A stretch of 64,000 nucleotides of DNA, from assembly GCA_045636425.1 (NCBI GenBank), contig JAZTXM010000002.1:2918-66917 (forward strand), in the 5' to 3' direction. Positions 59,963 through 64,000 of this stretch are shown here, piece by piece. A program made the translations under genes and the position numbers. The notes below the pieces were generated by a model. The model did no database searches. It saw only the letters and a program-made list of their open reading frames with translations, and was not told the origin of the DNA. Every line of letters begins with the position of its first letter. Within the stretch, counting starts at the first letter, position 1. This stretch comes from Clostridia bacterium. GTDB taxonomy: Bacteria > Bacillota > Clostridia > UMGS1883.

Positions 59963-60994
59963 TTACTCATTCTTAAACTGGGAAAGTGCTTTAAGACTTC
60001 CGCTGTTAAATGTTCTGATATCCTTAACTCCGTACTTCATCATCGCAAGCCTTGTAAGGCCGAGGCCAAAAGCAAAGCCTGTGTACTCCTCAGGGTCGAT
60101 TCCTCCGTGAGTAAGGACATTGGGATGAATCATGCCGCAGGGGCAAAGCTCAAGCCAACCGGAATTTTTACAAGAGGGACAACCGTCACCGCCGCAAATA
60201 AGACATTTGATATCAAGCTCAAAGCCCGGTTCCACAAAGGGGAAAAAGCCGGGGCGAAGACGTACCGTCACATCCTTTTGGAACACTTCGGAGAGCATTG
60301 TTTTCATGAAATAGATAAGGTTTGAAATGGATATATCCTTATCAATCATGATACCCTCCATTTGGAAGAAAGTATTTTCATGGCTGGCATCGGTAGATTC
60401 GTTACGGAAGCATCTGCCGGGGAAAATCGCACGAAGCGGTGCTCCGTATTTCTTCATAATGGCATTCTGTGCTGCCGATGTATGAGTTTTTAAAAGCTGA
60501 TTTTCCGTACTTAAATAGTAGGTGTCCTGCATATCACGTGCGGGGTGATGCTTGGGAATATTAAGTGCCTCAAAGCAATGATAATCGTCAACAATTTCCG
60601 AATAGTTTTCAATTGAAAAGCCCATGGATGTGAAGATTCTCTCAAGGTCACGCTGAACCAGCGTGATGGGATGATAAGAGCCTGTCTTAATTTCATAGGG
60701 GAGCGTTTCATCATACTGCTCGGCACTGTCGATGATTTTCTGCTGCTCAGCTTCTAAGATTGCCGTTCTTTTTTCGGAAACGGTCTGCTCAATTTCCTGC
60801 TTAAGCACATTGACAACGCGACCGAATTCTTTCTTTTCCTCATTGGGAACATTCTTAAGCTCGCTCATAAGCTCTGCCACAAGACCCTTTTTTCCCAAGA
60901 ATTCAACTCTTAATTCTTCAAGGCGTTCGGAAGAAGAAACAGAGCTTAATTTTTCGTTAAACAGTCCTTTAATTTCATTTACTTTACTGTTCAT
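59963..60994 (-). CDS. pheS: Phenylalanine--tRNA ligase alpha subunit
   Basis: HHPARDMQDT, FFPFVEPG and GFAFGLGLTR motifs. Confidence 0.97.
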   Translation of the reverse strand: MNSKVNEIKGLFNEKLSSVSSSERLEELRVEFLGKKGLVAELMSELKNVPNEEKKEFGRVVNVLKQEIEQTVSEKRTAILEAEQQKIIDSAEQYDETLPYEIKTGSYHPITLVQRDLERIFTSMGFSIENYSEIVDDYHCFEALNIPKHHPARDMQDTYYLSTENQLLKTHTSAAQNAIMKKYGAPLRAIFPGRCFRNESTDASHENTFFQMEGIMIDKDISISNLIYFMKTMLSEVFQKDVTVRLRPGFFPFVEPGFELDIKCLICGGDGCPSCKNSGWLELCPCGMIHPNVLTHGGIDPEEYTGFAFGLGLTRLAMMKYGVKDIRTFNSGSLKALSQFKNE

Positions 60995-61024
60995 ACGAAT
61001 ACCTCCTTCAATTTATGTAAAAAT

Positions 61025-61275
61025 AAAAAACACCCTCACCCCATAAAGGGACGAGAGTTCTCGCGGTACCACCCTTATTCAAAGCAATAAGCTTTGCACT
61101 CTTATACCTTGACGCAGTATCACGTTCTGCTTAACGCATAGCCACCTATGCTTTTCGCAGAAGGCTCCTGTGCTGAAATTCAGACCTGCGCACAACGGGA
61201 AAGCTTACAGCCCGGTGACATCCCCTCTCTTTGAAGTGCGGTGCAGCTCCTACTTACACACATTCATCGCCACTA
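61025..61275 (-). ncRNA. T-box leader (Phe) of pheST
   Basis: Minus strand has AGTA, GAGAG/GCTG stem I loops, specifier GAA-T-TTC (Phe), T-box AAGGGTGGTACCGCG and a terminator. Confidence 0.9.
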
Positions 61276-61363
61276 TTTGTAATGATAACACACTAAGTAA
61301 GGTTTGTCAACAAAAAAGTACAGAGCCTTAAAAATAAGCTCTGTACTTTTAATTTGATTAATA

Positions 61364-62506
61364 TTAACCCTTTACGGCACCTGAAGCAAGACCCTTTACA
61401 AAGTACTTGTTGAAGACAAGGTACATAATCATCATGGGAAGTGCAGAAATCATTGAACCTGCCATGATGATGTGCCATGAAGCGGCACCCTCACCGCTTG
61501 TCTTAAGGGCACGAAGACCAACTGAAAGGGGCTGAGCGTCGGGATTACCCATTGTAACAATCATGGGCCACAGATAATCGTTCCAAGCGTGACCGAAAGT
61601 AAGGATTACGAGTGTAGCAACCATGGGCTTAAGAAGCGGAAGAATAATTCTGAAGAAAATTCCTACAAATCCGCAACCGTCAATAGTTGCAGCCTCATCA
61701 AGCTCCTTGGGAAGCTGATTGATGAATCCGCGAACAAGGTACATATCTGTAATATGAATTGCGAAGAAGCCCTTAATGATAAGACCCCAAAGAGAAGTAT
61801 TGAGGTGGAACATCTTCATAAGCTGCATTGCAGGATAAAGAGAAGATGAACCCAGTGTAACGAACATCAAAGCTGTGAACAGCAAGAATATTGCACTCTT
61901 ACCACGGAATTCACCGCGGGCAAATGCGTAACCGTTAACTGTAGAAGTAAGAACAGTTACAGCGATGGTGAAAAATGTATAATACACTGTGTTAAAGGTA
62001 TACTGTGCAAAGTTTGCTTCCGTCCATGCAGTAATATAGTTTGAAAACTGCCATGTTTCGGGAAGAATATTGGGTGAAATGAGAATTTCACGCTGTGTCT
62101 TGAAGGAGCTGAAAAGTCCTACAAGGAAAGGATAGAATACTACTACAAGGAATGCACTCAACGCAATGTGAAGAAGGATTGAGAAGAAACGCTTACCATT
62201 GAACACATTTCTTTTTACCACGTTGTCGTTCTTCTTCATAAAGAAGGTTGCAATAAATGCAAAGATACCGAAGAGGAATCCGAGCATGAACCACTTCTTT
62301 GAGCCGCCCTTTTTCTCTGCGAAGAAGTCAACAACATACGCGCCGATTACATTACCTATAACCACTACAAAGAGTGATGCGATACCAAACTCGGCACCGT
62401 TTGCAATAACATTATAGAATGTCCAACCAAGACCTGCCACCAGACCTGTTACAGCGAACAAAAGCATAGTGGGAATAGTTTTTAATAAAGTTAATAAAAA
62501 TTTCAT
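61364..62506 (-). CDS. Carbohydrate ABC transporter permease (MalG-type) with extra N-terminal membrane domain
   Basis: LPKELDEAATIDG EAA motif, WNDYLWP and KYFVKGLASGAVKG. Confidence 0.92.
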   Translation of the reverse strand: MKFLLTLLKTIPTMLLFAVTGLVAGLGWTFYNVIANGAEFGIASLFVVVIGNVIGAYVVDFFAEKKGGSKKWFMLGFLFGIFAFIATFFMKKNDNVVKRNVFNGKRFFSILLHIALSAFLVVVFYPFLVGLFSSFKTQREILISPNILPETWQFSNYITAWTEANFAQYTFNTVYYTFFTIAVTVLTSTVNGYAFARGEFRGKSAIFLLFTALMFVTLGSSSLYPAMQLMKMFHLNTSLWGLIIKGFFAIHITDMYLVRGFINQLPKELDEAATIDGCGFVGIFFRIILPLLKPMVATLVILTFGHAWNDYLWPMIVTMGNPDAQPLSVGLRALKTSGEGAASWHIIMAGSMISALPMMIMYLVFNKYFVKGLASGAVKG

Positions 62507-62508
62507 AA

Positions 62509-63426
62509 TCAACCCACCTCGTCAGCTTTCTTTGTAAGTCTCAGGTAGATAAGGGTAACGCCGCCGATGATAAAGGTAGTAATAATACCGAGAGCGGAAG
62601 CATAACCATACTGAGCCTTAATACCGTCTGTTTCAAAATACAACTGATAGAGATAGAGCATTACAACGTTAGTACTACCGCCGGGAGCACCGTTGGTAAG
62701 AAGCATAACGTCCTGATATATCTTCATACCGTTAACCATAGCAAGCATGAGGATGGTCTTAAGAACCGGAGCAAGCATGGGAAGGGTAATCTTGAAGAAT
62801 ACCTGTACTGAAGTAGCACCGTCAACCTTTGCAGCCTCTATACAGTCCTCGGAAACGTTACTAACACCTGCCATGAAGTAAAGAACGTTTGTAGAGAAGC
62901 CTGCCCATGTGCTTCGAATCATGATAACTGCAAGGGCAGTCCATTTAGCACCGAGCCATGCGATGGGTTCGCTGATGATGCCGATATCCAAAAGAATGTT
63001 ATTAATAGGACCGTTTACCGTAGCGAACATATATGTAAAGATAAGACAGTTAACTGCGATACCCGTCATCTTGGGAAGGTAATAACCTACCATGAATACA
63101 CGCTTAAACTTTACAAGACCGCTTGTAAGAGCAAGAGCTATCAAGAATGCAAGCGGAATCTCAACGATAAGCTTACCATAAGCAATGATAAAGGTGTTGA
63201 GAACGCTCTTCCAATAAAGTGCATCACGGGTGAAAGCACGGACAAAGTTTTCAAAACCGCACCATGTTGCCGTAACGCCGTCATAATCATAAAATCCATA
63301 TCTGAAAACCCAGAGTATGGGATAGAGGCTGAAAACGAAGAAGCCCAAGAGCTGCAATCCTATCATGAGATACGACTGGATTTCGATTTTCAGCTTCGCC
63401 TGACGAAGTGAACCTGTTTTTGCCAT
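62509..63426 (-). CDS. Carbohydrate ABC transporter permease (MalF-type)
   Basis: GFENF, EAAKVDGA and YGYASALG motifs. Confidence 0.92.
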   Translation of the reverse strand: MAKTGSLRQAKLKIEIQSYLMIGLQLLGFFVFSLYPILWVFRYGFYDYDGVTATWCGFENFVRAFTRDALYWKSVLNTFIIAYGKLIVEIPLAFLIALALTSGLVKFKRVFMVGYYLPKMTGIAVNCLIFTYMFATVNGPINNILLDIGIISEPIAWLGAKWTALAVIMIRSTWAGFSTNVLYFMAGVSNVSEDCIEAAKVDGATSVQVFFKITLPMLAPVLKTILMLAMVNGMKIYQDVMLLTNGAPGGSTNVVMLYLYQLYFETDGIKAQYGYASALGIITTFIIGGVTLIYLRLTKKADEVG

Positions 63427-63727
63427 AATCACCAATCCTTTTTTCCTTTTTTATGTCATATAGATATATTACCATAGTTTGGGCATTGTGTCAATATTAT
63501 CAAACAAACTTTTATTTCAGCTTTTCAAACCTAAAATATAATAAAACAAACAAGTAATTTTTGCAGAAGTAATTTTATACAAAAATCCGCTGTTTTTTTG
63601 TCAAAAAAAGCGTCATTTAACACAATTTTCATAAACACCTTTTTAATTTTATGTGCATTTTCAATATTTTTACACGTGTTTATCTTATATAAACATTAAA
63701 AATGTCAAAAAAACGAAAATATTTATG

Positions 63728-63770
63728 AAAAAATCAACATTTGTGCATATTGCACAAATGTTGATTTTTT
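63728..63770. repeat. Perfect 20-bp inverted repeat (terminator or operator)
   Basis: AAAAAATCAACATTTGTGCA-TAT-TGCACAAATGTTGATTTTTT. Confidence 0.7.
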
Positions 63771-63803
63771 TGGTTCCGTGCAAATATATTTGATTTGTGC
63801 TTT

Positions 63804-64000
63804 TTATTTTATTTCAAACTTAACTTCGCCTTTATTCACCTTTGCACTTAAAAGCACACGATAGAGCTTATCTCCCCATTTTGCACGCATGGAGTCATCG
63901 TCGTAATCAACCGTTTCTCCCGTAAATGCAAAATCAGCACCAGAAGGTATGATTTCAAGCTTATTAGCTTCTGTTGCGAGAGTTATCCTCGTTCCGTCCC
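63804..64000 (-). CDS. 3' end of a CDS entering from outside the window, possibly heparinase II/III-like
   Basis: Open frame ...DYDDDSMRAKWGDKLYRVLLSAKVNKGEVKFEIK*. The WGxxLYR pattern recalls heparinase II/III-family C-termini. Confidence 0.45.
   Translation of the reverse strand, partial: DGTRITLATEANKLEIIPSGADFAFTGETVDYDDDSMRAKWGDKLYRVLLSAKVNKGEVKFEIK

Noticed and set aside
1-64000. CRISPR arrays, tRNA/rRNA genes, prophage or intact IS
   Set aside because: I saw no regularly spaced repeats, cloverleaf or rRNA signatures, integrase, transposase or phage genes.

Overview
A 64-kb chromosomal window from a spore-forming Clostridia bacterium (Oscillospiraceae/Ruminococcaceae-like by gene content; this is an inference). 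It is mostly housekeeping and sporulation genes. Plus strand to ~26 kb: hisS-aspS, DUF512, der-plsY-gpsA, yqfD-phoH-pgpH-ybeY-era-yqzL-recO and ppdK. Mostly minus strand after that: rsmF-ppa-maf-mreC-mreD-mrdA-minCDE-mgsA-TM1266-hydF, spoVG-glmU-prs-pth-mfd-prsA-ribU, mltG-mgtE-uvrC, a CapD-like dehydratase, pheST and sugar ABC permeases. An FMN riboswitch and a Phe T-box are clear. I saw no CRISPR, rRNA, tRNA, transposase or prophage. The most interesting signals are non-coding. (1) Two copies of a ~277-bp MITE-like element have terminal inverted repeats containing a 10-nt segment that differs between copies but stays complementary within each copy. (2) The mgtE leader carries a uORF and switchable hairpins, with no recognisable M-box. 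(3) A promoter-to-terminator ~160-nt hairpin RNA sits in an AT-rich islet next to a Fic/HTH gene that is flanked by a duplicated ppdK 3' UTR. (4) A back-to-back sigmaE-type promoter lies between inverted yqfC and yqfD. (5) A hairpin appears to insulate spoIIID from read-through. All calls are by eye, without database searches.
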